Assembly (NCBI GenBank): GCA_951406725.2
Contig: OX597824.1
Coordinates: 85,188,001-85,252,000, forward strand
Source of the DNA: Octopus vulgaris
Lineage: Eukaryota
Length of the DNA: 64,000 nucleotides
Direction: 5' to 3'
Below, one piece after another: positions 26,660-40,256 of the stretch. Made by a program: the position numbers and the translations under genes. The first letter of the stretch is position 1; each line of letters opens with the position of its first letter. The notes beneath the pieces are model-generated. The model saw only the letters and a list, made by a program, of their open reading frames with translations, was not told the DNA's origin and ran no database searches.

Positions 26660-27865
26660 AGTCAGATAATGGGTTCCAAGCAGAAACATCGAGCTGTCTT
26701 CAGTTTGTCCGGAATTCACAGAAGGCTGCAGGTTGCTTACGGAGATAACACCAATGACAAGAGCAATGTGCACAGATGGATGAATTTGAAAGAGGTAGGC
26801 AAGCTTTAAAGACAAACCACACTGGGAGACCATCAACTGCAACTGCTGCCAGGAACCACCAGCAAGTGGACGAATTAATTCATGCGGAGAGACGAATCAA
26901 AATCCGTAGCTTGCTGCACGATTTGACTGTGATCATAATGCGTTACAAAAGATGGTGAAAAACTGTGGGTATCGGAAAATTCAGCACCTCGGCAGTTGAT
27001 ATTCGATTGGAAAGAGAGAAGGATGGAAGTCTGCTCTGATCTGCTGGAAGCGTTTAAAGCCAGGAAGATACGTTTTTTTTTCTCTCGTTTTGGCGACAGG
27101 AGATGAAGCATGACCGCATCGGTATGATCCGGAAACAAAAGTTCTATCCATCAAATAACGTTACACTGTTTCCTCGAAGCCGAAGCCAGCGATCTGCACA
27201 GGAAATCATAGCGACATTCGGAGAGGTGGTGACAAGAACATCATACTCACTGATTTTCTGGAAGGTGGGTGTATAGTGCGGCGAGCTGGCAGAAGCGTTA
27301 GCACGCCGAGCGAAATGCTTAGCGGTATTTCGTCTGTCGTTACGTTCTGAGTTCAAATTCCGCCGAGGTCGACTTTGCCTTTCATCCTTTTGGGGTCGAT
27401 AAATTAAGCACCAGTTACGCACTGGGGTCGATGTAATCGACTTAATACCTATGTCTGTCCTTGTTTGTTCCCTCTATGTTTAGCCCCTTGTGGGTAATAA
27501 AGAAATAGGTATACTAACTCTCAAAAAGCTTACACAAGTTGTTAGGAGAAATCTGAAACCATCTACTTGCGCCAAAGCACTGTGTAGCCATGTACATTTT
27601 CGGTAACAAATCAGTCAGCAAGTAAATGAGACAGGTCTGTAGACCTCCATCCATCGTACAACCTGGATCTGGCGCTCTCTGACTTCCATCTGTTCAGTTC
27701 GACAGAGGAGAGTCTTCGGGGGGCTACGCTTCTATGACATAGATGAGGTGATAAGCGGCTGTGAAGGAGTGTTCATTACAGCGCACACCGAATTCTTTTC
27801 AGAGATTATTTGTGTTTAACGATGGCATAAATGCATCGCTTTTGAATGGAGGCTATGTTGAGTTG
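26660..27865 (+). pseudogene. mariner transposase pseudogene interrupted by a SINE C (27278-27510)
   Basis: IHRRLQVAYGD...VHRW, FERGR...GRPSTA...IHAERRIKIR, TGDEA*PHRYDPETK, HPSYNLDLALSDFHLF, CIALNGGYVE. Confidence 0.88.
27278..27510 (+). mobile_element. SINE family C, full length
   Basis: Near-identical to the other tail-1 copies. Confidence 0.9.
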
Positions 27866-27869
27866 TGGA

Positions 27870-27920
<51 letters not shown>

Positions 27921-30049
27921 TTACTTTACTGTCATGTGTAATTTGAATGATCTGTCAGTTAAAAATGTTATGCACATTTGGGTTAACTTATGTGTCTGTG
28001 TGTTTACCCATCAACGCACATTTCAGTGTGTATACACACACACTGACGCACACACACACATACACGCACACACAGACACACACATACACATTCACACACA
28101 CACACATCTATATACATAATGCATGGAAACATTTCTAAAGCATTTTGCTATTGTTCTACTCAAAGGCATATAGCAGCGCTAGACTAATTGGAGCTTCAGT
28201 GACAAAAGTATGTAAACTATGGTAGGACGTACTAACGAGTGCTGAGTTTGGTGAAAGGCACTAACTGAAAAAAAATAAAGAAAAGTCGTTTTTGCTACAT
28301 GCCATAAACTGCGGCGTGGTTTTTATGGAAAATGTGCTCATATGTATACATATATATATATATATATATGTATGGAAAGAGAGAGTATGTGGGAGATAGG
28401 GAAAGAGAAAGAAAGAGATAGATAGAGAGAGAGAGAGGGAGAGAGAAAGAGACCGAGAAAATGGGAGTAAAACATATAGATAAATATCCGTGTATGAGAA
28501 GTTAGTGAGAAATGAGAAATACTGGAGATGAAATTGAGAAACAGAGAGAAAGGAGAGGTGGAGCGATAGCGTGACATATAGAGAGAGGAGAATATGTGAC
28601 AGTGAGAGTGTGAGGCTGAAATGGTAACAGTGTTTCAGTGTAAATAAAATATTAAAGTGCTTCACATGTTGACTGTGAACGACAAATTTGGAATACAAGG
28701 TGAAAGAGTAATAGAGAGAGTGTGTATATAAGTGAGAGAGAGAGAGAGAGAAAGAGAGGAAGAGAGAGAGAGGGTGTGTGAAAGAAAGAGAAAGCATTGG
28801 TGAGAAAATGAAAGTGAAAGAAGGGAAAATATTAAGATAAAGAGAATGGTGAAAGTTGTTTGACGATTTGAATCTGATCTCCATTTATTACTCTCTTAAG
28901 AGTAATCTGTATGGGAGACTATGAAGCCAGCCAGCCGGCCACCCAGCTAAGATGAAACTATATTTCATATACTGCTCAAGGAGAGCAACATACTTTTGAA
29001 CCATACAAATCCTGCAAATCTTTAGCTTTCCCCATTTGCGAGTGACCTTACTAGTTCCTTTGTCAAGGGATCTCCCAACCTCCCAACCCAGTTGTGCTGA
29101 ATCTATTCACTTGTCTGTTAGCTGTCATATTTGTTGCATACTTTGATTGCAACTTCACACTTCAAACACATAAGATACCGAAACAGAATGTCTTCTACGT
29201 TACTCATTTGCATACATTCTGGCTTGGCAGAAATATTACACAAATACAAACATACAGCATATTTCGACACGGTTTAATCTTTATTTCTTAGTGAGTATTA
29301 TTAGATGTAAAAGTAAATTATGCCATGATATTGCAAGAACAAAGTTATAATAACGAAGACCTACTACAGCTAATAAAATTTCAACGATTTTACACATACA
29401 ACTTATTACCACGCACACGTAGTGTTTATTAGACGAAAGTGTGAAAGCAAATAAGATTGAATATGGATAAAAAAAAAGCATTAAAACCCTCATTCGAAAC
29501 CATCGTATCTCCAAGGTATCCTTCTATCCACTCTATAACCTATTGTATATCTTTTTATATCCTGTTTTATATTTTTCCTCTTTCTGTCTTTATCTTCATT
29601 GATACTTGATAAAATTTTCACATGCCCAGCTATCTAAAGGAAAACTAATCCAACTTTGTCAACCATCAATTTAAAAGACTGACTCCATCCAATCACTTAC
29701 CGAATTTAATTTTTGGATTATTGAAATCTTAGTAGTTTTATTCCTTATATTCAGACCTAAATATTTCACCTAAATCTACCTTCTCAGCCGATGTTGACCT
29801 TTCAACCATAAACTAGCAACAGTTAAACCAGAACGTAAATAACACTAACCTCATTCAGTTGTCCCCGTAGAAAGCATTACAAAATAAGGGCCTACAACTT
29901 TTCTTGTAACCAGCAAATCATAGAGAGAAATATAGATACATGAATAGATAGATCTATTGATTGATAGATCGATAGAGACTTCGAGAGAGAAAGAGAGGAA
30001 TAAGGTAACAGAGGACCAGAAATAATAGCTATGTAAGAAAGCAAGAATG

Positions 30050-30090
30050 TAAAGAGAGAGAGAGAGAGAGCAGAAAATATAAGAATGAGA

Positions 30091-30144
<54 letters not shown>

Positions 30145-30260
30145 GAGAGAGTGATTAAGAAGGAATTGAAAGGGATGGTAGGAAATGATAAAATATAGAT
30201 GACATTAAAAGAGAGAGATTAAAAGAAAAAGAGACGGCTTTAAATGATATACAGATAATC

Positions 30261-30295
<35 letters not shown>

Positions 30296-31228
30296 TGAGA
30301 GAGAGAGAGGGAGATAGAGAAAGTGTGTGAGAGAGAGAGAGAGGGAGAGAGAGAAAGTGTGTGAGAGAGAGAGAGAAAATGTGAGAGAGAGAGAGGGAGA
30401 GAGAGAAAGTGTGAGAGACAGAGAGAGAGAAAATGTGAGAGAGAGAGAGGGAGAGAGAGAAAGTGTGAGAGAGAGAGAGGGAGAGAGAGAAAGAGATAGA
30501 TAGATAATAGATAGGGAGAGAGAGAGGCAAAGAGATTGAATGGGAAAGAGAAAAGTGTGAGAGAGAGAGCGTGAGAGAAGAAAGAGTGACAGAAAGAGAG
30601 ATAAAGAGAGAGAGAGAGTGAGGGAGAGAAATAGAGTGAGAGAGCAAGAGCGAAGAAGGGCTTTTGCTGAAGAATTAGACGCTTACCTTCTCTGCGAAAG
30701 ACTCCTGCGTTAATTATCAAAAGAAGTTGAAGATAAAAAGTTTGATATGATCATTAATTATCTAAGACTAGATGCAAAATCTAGCAAGAATTACAAGACA
30801 ACCTTATTGAATTATGCATGAATTATTGTGTTTCTTTTTTTGAAGAGAATTTTCTAACTTGTTTAATGATTTAATAAAGTTCGCACGATAATTTTAATTA
30901 ATCGATATTATACACGGATCCAGGTGAGGCAAACTTTGTTGAATAACGTGTAACAAAACCAAAGACAAGTGCGATAGCTCGAACTAAAAGATAAAAGCAA
31001 AATGTTCTTACAAAGAGTTGATATCGCAGAGTCCCATTGAATTGAAATTGGAAACAGGCTATATATATATGGATGTATGTGTGTGTGTGCGTGTATGTGT
31101 GTGTGTGCGTGTGTATATATATATGTATGTATACATATATATGTATACATACGCACACATATACATATATGTATATATATATGTGTATGTATGCGTATGT
31201 GTGATTATGTGTATGTCTATGTGTATGC

Positions 31229-31262
<34 letters not shown>

Positions 31263-31312
31263 CATAGACATATATATATATATATGTATATACATATATA
31301 TATGTGTGTGTA

Positions 31313-31345
<33 letters not shown>

Positions 31346-31560
31346 GTATACATACATATATGCATACGCACACATATACATATATGTATGTATATGTATA
31401 TATGTGTATGTATGCATATGTGTGATTGTGTGCATGATCATGTGTATGCATGTATATATATATATATGTATATACATATATATATGTGTATGTGTGTGTG
31501 TATCTGTCTGGACATGACTGTGTGCATGTGCGTACGTGCGCGCGCGCGTGTGCATATATG
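30050..31560. repeat. (GA)n-rich array and (TA)/(TG) compound array
   Basis: Directly visible; a unique stretch of about 400 bp lies between the two arrays. Confidence 0.9.
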
Positions 31561-33102
31561 TATGGACAAATTCACATACACAAACATATGTTGTTAATTC
31601 CACACCATAATGCTGACGTTTTAGACAAAATTATGTTGTGGAATTGGCAAGATCGCTAGGACACAATATAAAGTGCATTTTCTCGTATGCCTCGAATATT
31701 GTAGTACTTAATTATCTTTTTTATCCCACCATCACTGCAAAAAGAAAGAAAATGGAATCTGTTGCTTAACTTAAGAAAAAAAAATGTTTCTAGATATTAA
31801 TATAAATAAATAGATATGAAAAAAGAAAATAATTAAACGAGATTTTTCGAGTCTCTGTGGAGAATTATTTCTTCATTGCCAGAATCATTGAAGTCATGGA
31901 ATCTTAGTAAAGAAAGAGAGGGACAGAGAGGGGGATAAAGAAAGAGTGATAAAAAGAGACTGAGAGACAGTGAAAGAGAGAGAGAGAGGTAGAGAGAGAG
32001 AGAGAAAATGAGAAGGAAAAAGACAAAGACAGGGACAGAAAGGGAGAGATAGAAAGAGAGAGCGAGGAAGAGAGACAGAGAAAGAGGGAAAGAGAGAAGG
32101 AGAGATAATTTAGAATATCGGACCTCTTTCATATAACAACTTTTATACAATTTAAAGAGAGATAAAAAAATTGAAATATTTTTGAAGAATTCCAGAAAAC
32201 TTTGAAAGCGGCTATTTTCTGCTTATGACAATACTTTCTACTATGCGGAAAACGTCTAGACATGACACTCAACTGTGACTAGTAAAGATAACTAGCTTTG
32301 CTTCCTATATTTGGGCCAGTCTCATGGAAGTGAAAGCAAAACAATTTTTCAAGAAAATTTTTCCAGAAAAATCACTATATACCTGTTAAGGTATATTGAA
32401 TTGGTTGTTAATTTTCGATTAGATATTGATATTGTTATAGCAAATCCTTCTAGATCTGCACAGCGTTGCTTTCAGCATGAAATCTTTCCACACTTATGTC
32501 ACATCCTATTTGTCACGCACGTCACACCAGGTAAATGAGAATGGTGTACGTCAGACCAGGTAAATGAGAATTGTGAACAGAGGCATCGTTGTCGAGCAAA
32601 CTCTTTTAGCATTTTTTTGGAATTTAAATGTCAGTGTAAATAAACACCATGAAACATTTTATGCTGCTCTGGAGAAATTCAGAGGAATTTGCATTTAATA
32701 TTTTCAGGTGAAAAAAAAAAAAGGTTAATTTGTGCTAAGTTATACACATCGCTTTTTGGATCGTCTTCAAAAATTTCAACATACATTCAGGTAAAATATT
32801 TTTATGCTTAATACTTTAATGGGTAGACAAGCATTACTGTGAAGAGTGAATCAGTACAACAGCTGTAAATGTTCAAAAATTACAGCTTAGCTATTTCATT
32901 TGTGTCTCTGACAGTCACATAAGTCACGCGAGAACGGCCCATTTGTATTTCAAACAAGGTCGAAAAGATAGGGTTTCATGAGCTTAGGAGTCTTAGAGAA
33001 AGCTTTAGTGAACGCCTCGCTGTTATATAATATGTCTTATTACACACATGTGAGTGAGAACACTGAGATATTTTTGGTATCTAACATATATCAGATACTG
33101 CG

Positions 33103-33324
33103 GTTTGTGTTTCTGATTCTCGACCCCATGTCGAATTTATCGATTTTTTCAGAACTGGGGGAACTCTTCAAAATTTTCGCTGCGTTAGTTTTGAATTATG
33201 ACATTGGGCTATGTGTGTGTCAAGTTTCATCAGAATCGGTTGAAAGCCGTGGTCAGGGTGAGGGTACAACCTGACGGACACACAGACACACACACAGACA
33301 AACTGCCGTTTATATAGAGAGAGA
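33103..33324 (-). mobile_element. Non-autonomous Helitron-like 5' fragment
   Basis: Minus strand begins A|TCTCTCTCTATATAAACGGCAGTTTGTCTGTGTG...AACCGATTCTGATGAAACTT, the layout of short animal Helitrons (TC start, short microsatellite, CCGATT..ATGAAA block). Confidence 0.5.
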
Positions 33325-33396
33325 TGTCTTATTACACACATGTGAGTGAGAACACTTTGAGATATTTTTGGTATCTAACATATGTCAGATACTGCG

Positions 33397-33500
33397 AGCG
33401 CTGCTTCTGATTGGTCAATCCATGGTGATGACCCGAGGTCACGGTGACAGCGCTGCTTCTGATTGGTCAGTTCATGGTGATGACCCGAGGTCACGGTGAC
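33397..33500 (+). repeat. Tandem duplication, 2 x 52 bp
   Basis: AGCGCTGCTTCTGATTGGTCA..CATGGTGATGACCCGAGGTCACGGTGAC twice, 2 mismatches. Confidence 0.95.
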
Positions 33501-34286
33501 GGCACTCCTTTTGTCATTCATAAGTTACAACTAAACGTGAAGAATTTAGTTATTGGGTTAATAAAATATGGTCGTTTATTCGTGTGTAATAAATAAAATA
33601 CCAAACTCATTCCCTATGGATACCGTATTTATTACAACTCGTGGCTTGTAATAAATACGGTATCCATAGGGAACTCGTTTGGTATTCTCTCTGAGAAAAT
33701 TGTTGGGGAGGGTTAATCCGTCTACAACTTTCATAATAACGAAAGAAAACGAAGCGCTCATAAAATAAACTTTCGCTGCGGTTGTATAACAACAGCGGCA
33801 ATTCCCATTCAGTGGTACCTATTAACAGAGAAGCCAGCGAGGAACGAATATCTACAGGTTCGCTTAACGTGCTAGAAATCACAGCCAAATCTCTCTCAAA
33901 TTACACCCTTCCTACTGTCTTGAAAAAAAAAGCTGAGGATACGTTCGACAATGTAACTGCAGATTTGCAAAATCCCCCCAAAATGGACGCACTGATCATG
34001 GTTTGGACTCCATCGATCACATGTCCGTTCTGTCAACGCTGTCTTGAGCGATGGGAGGTTAGTTTAAATAGCATCCATCACCATCATCTCTCACCACATC
34101 CCTCATCCCGCTAACAACAACATGAACAAATACGGACTGAAGCTTAGGCTGTAGCATTTGGGATTAAAGTCGGTGTTCGTATACGTAATGTCGTAAGACA
34201 TTACTTGCATTGCAAATATTTTCGAAAAGGCGCAACAGTCAACTCACACACATACACACACACACACACACACACAAACACACGCG

Positions 34287-34338
<52 letters not shown>

Positions 34339-34409
34339 TATGTAAAAAAACTGAATTGTTTTAGAGTATGCTACTTCTTAACATTCTTTTTGTATGCCTT
34401 CATGTATTA

Positions 34410-35198
34410 GAAATATTATTTCTGTCGAAGAAGTGGCGAAAGGTTATCGCGGGCATGTGTGAAGAAGACAGTGAAATAGGGGGGAGGCAGTGTAATGGTA
34501 TGGGGAGTGATCTCTGCTGCTGGTCCTGGTCCACTTATTCACCTATAAGGGACTGTCAATGCTGAAATCTACAAGCAGATTCTTAGACAGCATGCCGTTC
34601 CACATCTCCTATCCTCGTCAGTTCAACCTCCTATCTTCATGCAAGACAAAGCTCCCTGTCACACTGCGAAGAGAGTCAAAGATTTTTTGAGTGACGAAGG
34701 AGTTGATCTCATGGACTGGCCTCCTCAAAGTCCCGATCTCGACTCTATAGAAAACGTTTGGAAGATTATTGGAGATGAGGCGCGAAGGAGACAATCAAGG
34801 AACAAAGATGAATTCTGAGAATTATTGAAAAACAAACGGAACAATATTACTCCATTATTTTGCAAGAAATTAATTCAGTCTTGAGGTAACGGATGTTAGG
34901 AGGTCATTGATAGTAAAGGAATGTTCCCAAAATATTAATTGTAACGGTATCTTTTTTGTTCATTGTTTTTCTAAGTGACCCTTAACTTTTGGCAGTTGCA
35001 CTTTGGAAGATTATTTGTTTATTTCCTCATAACCTTTGAAATATTTATTCCATTCACTTGAAATTTTCAAGAAAGATAGATTTTAGATATATCTGAATAT
35101 GTGTAAAATATCTAGTCTCAACGTGTTGTTAAATCTTCCATAATAACTATTTCAATACACACTTGATCTTACTGACCCGATTATTATGGCCGCTACTG
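34410..35198 (+). mobile_element. Tc1 (DD34E) transposon, 3' half with terminal inverted repeat
   Basis: GGGSVMVWGVISAAGPG...FMQDKAPCHTA...DWPPQSPDLDSIENVW; ends GGCCGCTACTG followed by TA. Confidence 0.92.
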
Positions 35199-35241
35199 TA
35201 TATATATATGTATATATATATATATATATATTATATATATG

Positions 35242-35293
<52 letters not shown>

Positions 35294-35370
35294 CCATATA
35301 TACACACATACATACATACAATCTCAAGATTAAATCTGAGATCGTGTGCTGAAACGAAACAATTGCAGCG

Positions 35371-35565
35371 TGGAAGGTGTATATATATTTAAAACAAACA
35401 AAAGCCGTTCGATTCACTTCAACATTTAAGTTTAATTTGTCAAAATATTTTCGTCGCTAAAATCCGACCTGTTCACTAAGATAAAAATCCGTGCTGCATC
35501 TTAAATGTTGAAGTGAATCGAATGGCATTTGTGTGTTTCTTAAATGGCTTATATTTAATCCTTCC
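35371..35565. mobile_element. Penelope-like inverted LTR remnant carrying a hammerhead-like motif (35440-35479, minus)
   Basis: Inverted arms 35371-35430 and 35500-35565; the spacer reads TTA-GTGAACA-G-GTCG-loop-CGAC-GAAA-ATAT-TT-TGA on the minus strand. Confidence 0.55.
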
Positions 35566-35718
35566 CTATAATATGTAATTTTTCTAGATGGTCTCAGTCA
35601 AATTACTATATATATATATATTTATATATATATACATTCATACACATATATCTTCATTATAAGTTCATAAGTCAGAAAAAGAGCATACCTCATAAAAAAT
35701 AGAGCAGTTGTTTATTTT

Positions 35719-36201
35719 TGTATGTGTAATAAAACAATGTTAGAGAAATACCATTGGTTACATATCTAGATGGGTTAGCGTGATCTAGACATAACATCAG
35801 TTCCTCTAAACAATAACTGTCCTCTGTAACAGTTGTTTTTAAGAAACACATGAACGCCGGTGATAGTTGAAGGAATATTCCTGTTAAAAACTATGGCCGG
35901 GCGACTTATCTCTCTTCGCTTGTTAGTTAGGTTTTCCAATTTTGAAGTAAAAATTTCTGAAAATGTGGACAACTCCCCACAACTTCCGTCCTGGAGTTCA
36001 AATGAACTCCTGGTTCATGTGAGTTCATTAGGATGATATATCTTTCTGCCATACAATTTACATAGCATTTTTCCATTACGAAAGGGTCCACATTTCCACC
36101 TTTACAGAGAACAGTTATTGCTTAGAGGAACTTATGATGTCTAAGATCACGCTAACCATCTAGATATGGCATTTTTCTAATATTCTTATATTACACATAC
36201 A
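35719..36201 (-). mobile_element. 5'-truncated Penelope-like element with inverted pseudo-LTRs
   Basis: Arms 35719-35830 and 36102-36201. The spacer encodes CKL/CMAERYIILMNSHEPGVHLNSRTEVVGSCPH, like the CxLCxxEKxxI...LNKRSELxSKCRH end of PLE ORFs. Degenerate hammerhead in the left arm. Confidence 0.75.
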
Positions 36202-36400
36202 ATATATACATATATATCTGTAAATGTAATATGTGATGATTATTCGGTAGTCATGATAAAACTCCGAGTTTCGAATGCCGCGGTGGAAATCCACGCCGCC
36301 ATCGGAAAAATAGTATAGTATAATATCTATACTTTAATATCGAGGTCTCTTTCATTCTGTTGTTGTCTGACCATTTTTATCAATATTTATATATATATAC

Positions 36401-36471
<71 letters not shown>

Positions 36472-36486
36472 AATACACACACACAC

Positions 36487-36517
<31 letters not shown>

Positions 36518-37348
36518 CATATATGCAGGTATGTATATATAGATATATACATACATATATATATACATACACACACACACATACACATATATATATACAC
36601 ACACATATATATATACATACAAATGTACTCACACACACACACATACATACATACCCAACATACATACACAGACACACATGTATATTCATATATAAGGAAT
36701 CTAGTTCATCTCAATGTCTCGAACAACGTTCGTGACATGGATAAATATCCGAATAATACAAAAGGCAGATAGATGTTCGTTGAATTCAGTTGCCATCCCG
36801 ACAATTTCTTCTTTTTTATACACTAACATCAGATTCGTTGAATTACAAATTTTGTACTGAAACTTTTCGAACGGTTATTAATTAGGTGTACTTAAAATAC
36901 CCTAAACATAACCATCTCAAACAAAACAACAACGACAAACGACTATTTAGCTTCCTCTCTCTTAACCAATGTCCCTCGTCCTGTTTCCTTTTATCGAAAC
37001 AATTAAATTGTCCTCTAACAGTTGCACACAGATTCTAAAACACACAAAGAAAACCTAACTTATTTCTTTTTTTTTTTTTTTTCCTTTTTATTTCGTTCTT
37101 GCAACGACAATTAAGTTATGCTAATTTAACCAATAAGGGTTTTTGTGCAAAAAATAAAAAAAACAAACAAACAACCAAAAAAAAAGTCACAAAAAAAGCA
37201 AAAAAAAAAAAAAAACCAAAAAAAGCAGGAGATAACGGTCTTTAATGATCGTTAGTGACCGTTGTTGCACCGACACGAAAAACACCCTTCCGATTGTCTG
37301 ACGTCAAAATAACTTGTACAAGTTTATCAAAGTATATTCCAATAATAA

Positions 37349-37418
<70 letters not shown>

Positions 37419-37454
37419 AACACACACACATACATATATATAAACATATACGTA

Positions 37455-37508
<54 letters not shown>

Positions 37509-37512
37509 TGTG

Positions 37513-37551
<39 letters not shown>

Positions 37552-37652
37552 CATACATAATTAAAACAAAACAATATAAAAAGAAACCCGGTGTCTATTT
37601 TGGGCACTTTTCTGAAAAGTCGTACTCTATTGACTTCATATACTTCAAGTAA

Positions 37653-37717
<65 letters not shown>

Positions 37718-38209
37718 TGTATGTATGTATGTATGTATGTATGTATGTGTATGTGTTGGTGTATCACGCAAGCCTACTCTGGTGGATGGGCAAGGTACTT
37801 CACCGAGGCATGGAGATGTAAGGGTCATCGTACGTATTTGCGTGCATCTAAGTGCATGAGTTTATGAGTAAACACACTGTTCGGTGAACCCACGCTCATA
37901 CACGTACACGCATATCAGTTTTCTTTTGTACGATATAAAATCCCGTCACCCCCACCCCGCCTCAATGTGATAGAGAGTGGGCAGGGATAGAGTAGGAAAC
38001 GAGATAAATTTATCTATTCCTTGGATAGGACGCCAGTCCCTTTCTGAGAACATTCCGAAATAGATATACAGTTTGTTCCTATTCCTGACAGTTATGTGAA
38101 GCTGTATATGGCGTTACTATCTCTGAGATAATGTGAATTAAATACAAGCATATATAATATATCCATGCATCCATATGTTTATGCGCGTGTATCATTTATC
38201 CATCCATCC

Positions 38210-38276
<67 letters not shown>

Positions 38277-38327
38277 ATTTATCCATCCATCTATCTATCT
38301 ATCGTGTGTGCGCGAGCTCTCTCTCTT

Positions 38328-38369
<42 letters not shown>

Positions 38370-38747
38370 ACGCTCTTGCAATTTAACAGTCTATAGTGGT
38401 TTCGAAGTGAATCAAGAATCAATTTTTTCTAACATGTTTTTAATATGGAAGTCCATATTGTCGATAAAATTGAAATCTAAAAAACATTCGTTTTTGCGTT
38501 TGAACTAGAAATTAAAAAAAAAATCAATGTATCTTTATAAAAAGTTAAATTACTTCATTTTTTAAAAAATAAATGGTTACACTTGCAAAATAAAGAAACC
38601 TCTTTTAGAATCAATGCATTTGAGAAAGGAAAATACACAATGCTTACAATAGAGTTTATCTTATTTAGCTCGGATCAGCTCTGATCTAGCGGATTAATAA
38701 TCGAAGGCGTTTTAACCACAACCATCTCATTTACTTAGCAGTTAGGA

Positions 38748-39150
38748 TTTGCAGGAGTGGCTGTGTGGTAAGTAGCTTGATTACCAACCACATGGTTCCG
38801 GGTTCAGTCCCACTGTGTGGCACCTTGGGCAAGTATCTTCTACTATAGCCTCGGGCCGACGAAAGCCTTGTGAGTGGATTTGGTAGACCGAAACTAAAAG
38901 AAGCCCGTTATATATATGTATATGTATATATGTGTGTGTGTGTGTGTGTTTGTGTGTCTGTGTTTGTCCCCCCAACATCGTTTGACAACCGATGCTGGTG
39001 TGTTTACGTCCCCGTAACTTAGCGGTTCGACAGAAGAAACCGATAGAATAAGTACTAGGCTTACAAAGAATAAGTCCTGGGGTCGATTTTCTCGACTAAA
39101 GGCGATGCTCCAGCATGGCCGCAGTCAAATGACTGAAACAAGTAAAAGAG
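38748..39150 (+). mobile_element. SINE family B, full length
   Basis: GGAGTGGCTGTGTGGTAAGTAGCTTG...GGTTCCGGGTTCAGTCCC head through AAGTAAAAGAG tail. Confidence 0.92.
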
Positions 39151-39884
39151 TAATATCCAGTGCCGTCTCAAGGTAAAGGCACACGCGGCAGTCACTCAGC
39201 GGCCCCACAAGCCAAGGAGCCCAATTCTGATTCATGTATGCTGTACCTTGCTGTCAATAGATAAATACTACTGCACTGATTTTCCCGAAGTCTATAATAC
39301 TCTTAAGGTGGAAGAATGTAATTTGTGAGATAAGTGGATACTTTTTCTAGCAGATCGAGCGACTGTATAGATGGTTGGCTTGTATGACTCTAATTCTATT
39401 TTGTTACAGAATATTTAATTCGTCTGTTGTTGTCCAATATTGATTTTTATAAACGGAAAGATAGACAAAGACAAGGTCAGATACGAACGAAGATTCAGAA
39501 GAGAAAAAAACCCAACAAACTATTATATACATAGAATATTACAAAAATATATACATAGAAAATTACTAAAATGTTAAATATAATTTTTCTAGAAAGTAAG
39601 CAAAACTAACGGAAAACAAAAATTTGTTGATATATTTTTAGTTGCTTTAGATGTTTAAAGAGCCGAGACAAAAAGGAAGATAAGCATTAACATTTAATAT
39701 TTTAGCTAGAACTGAAGTTCATGCTTAAAATGTTTTGATTTTTACTGGATATAGACTAAGATTTTAAAGATCTCTGAAAAATATTACGATGTAATTAATG
39801 AAAGGAAAAGGAAAAATTACTCAGTGAAAGTGTGTGGCGTAGAAGTTGTGATGTTCGGTTCTTCTCCATTCTGGATGGATAGAA

Positions 39885-40256
39885 GCACTCCGTCGGTTAC
39901 GACGATGAGGGTTCCGGTTGATCCGATCAACGGAACAGCCTGCTCGTGAAATTAACGTGTAAGTGGCTGAGCATTCCACAGACACGTGTACCCTTAACGT
40001 AGTTCTCGGGGATATTCAGCGTGACACAGAGAGTGACAAGGCCGGTCCTTTGAAATACAGGTACAACAGAAACAGGAAGTAAGAGAAAGTTGTGGTGAAA
40101 GAGTACAGCAGGGATCACCACCATCCCTGCCGGAGCCTCATGGAGCTTTAGGTGTTTTCGCTCAGTAAACACTCACAACGCCCGGTCTGGGAATCGAAAC
40201 CACGATCCTACGACCGCGAGTCCGCTGCCCTAGCCACTGGGCCATTGCGCCTCCAC
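39885..40256 (-). mobile_element. SINE family A, full length, with target-site duplication
   Basis: TCTTCTCCATTCT at about 39860 and at 40257. Confidence 0.92.
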
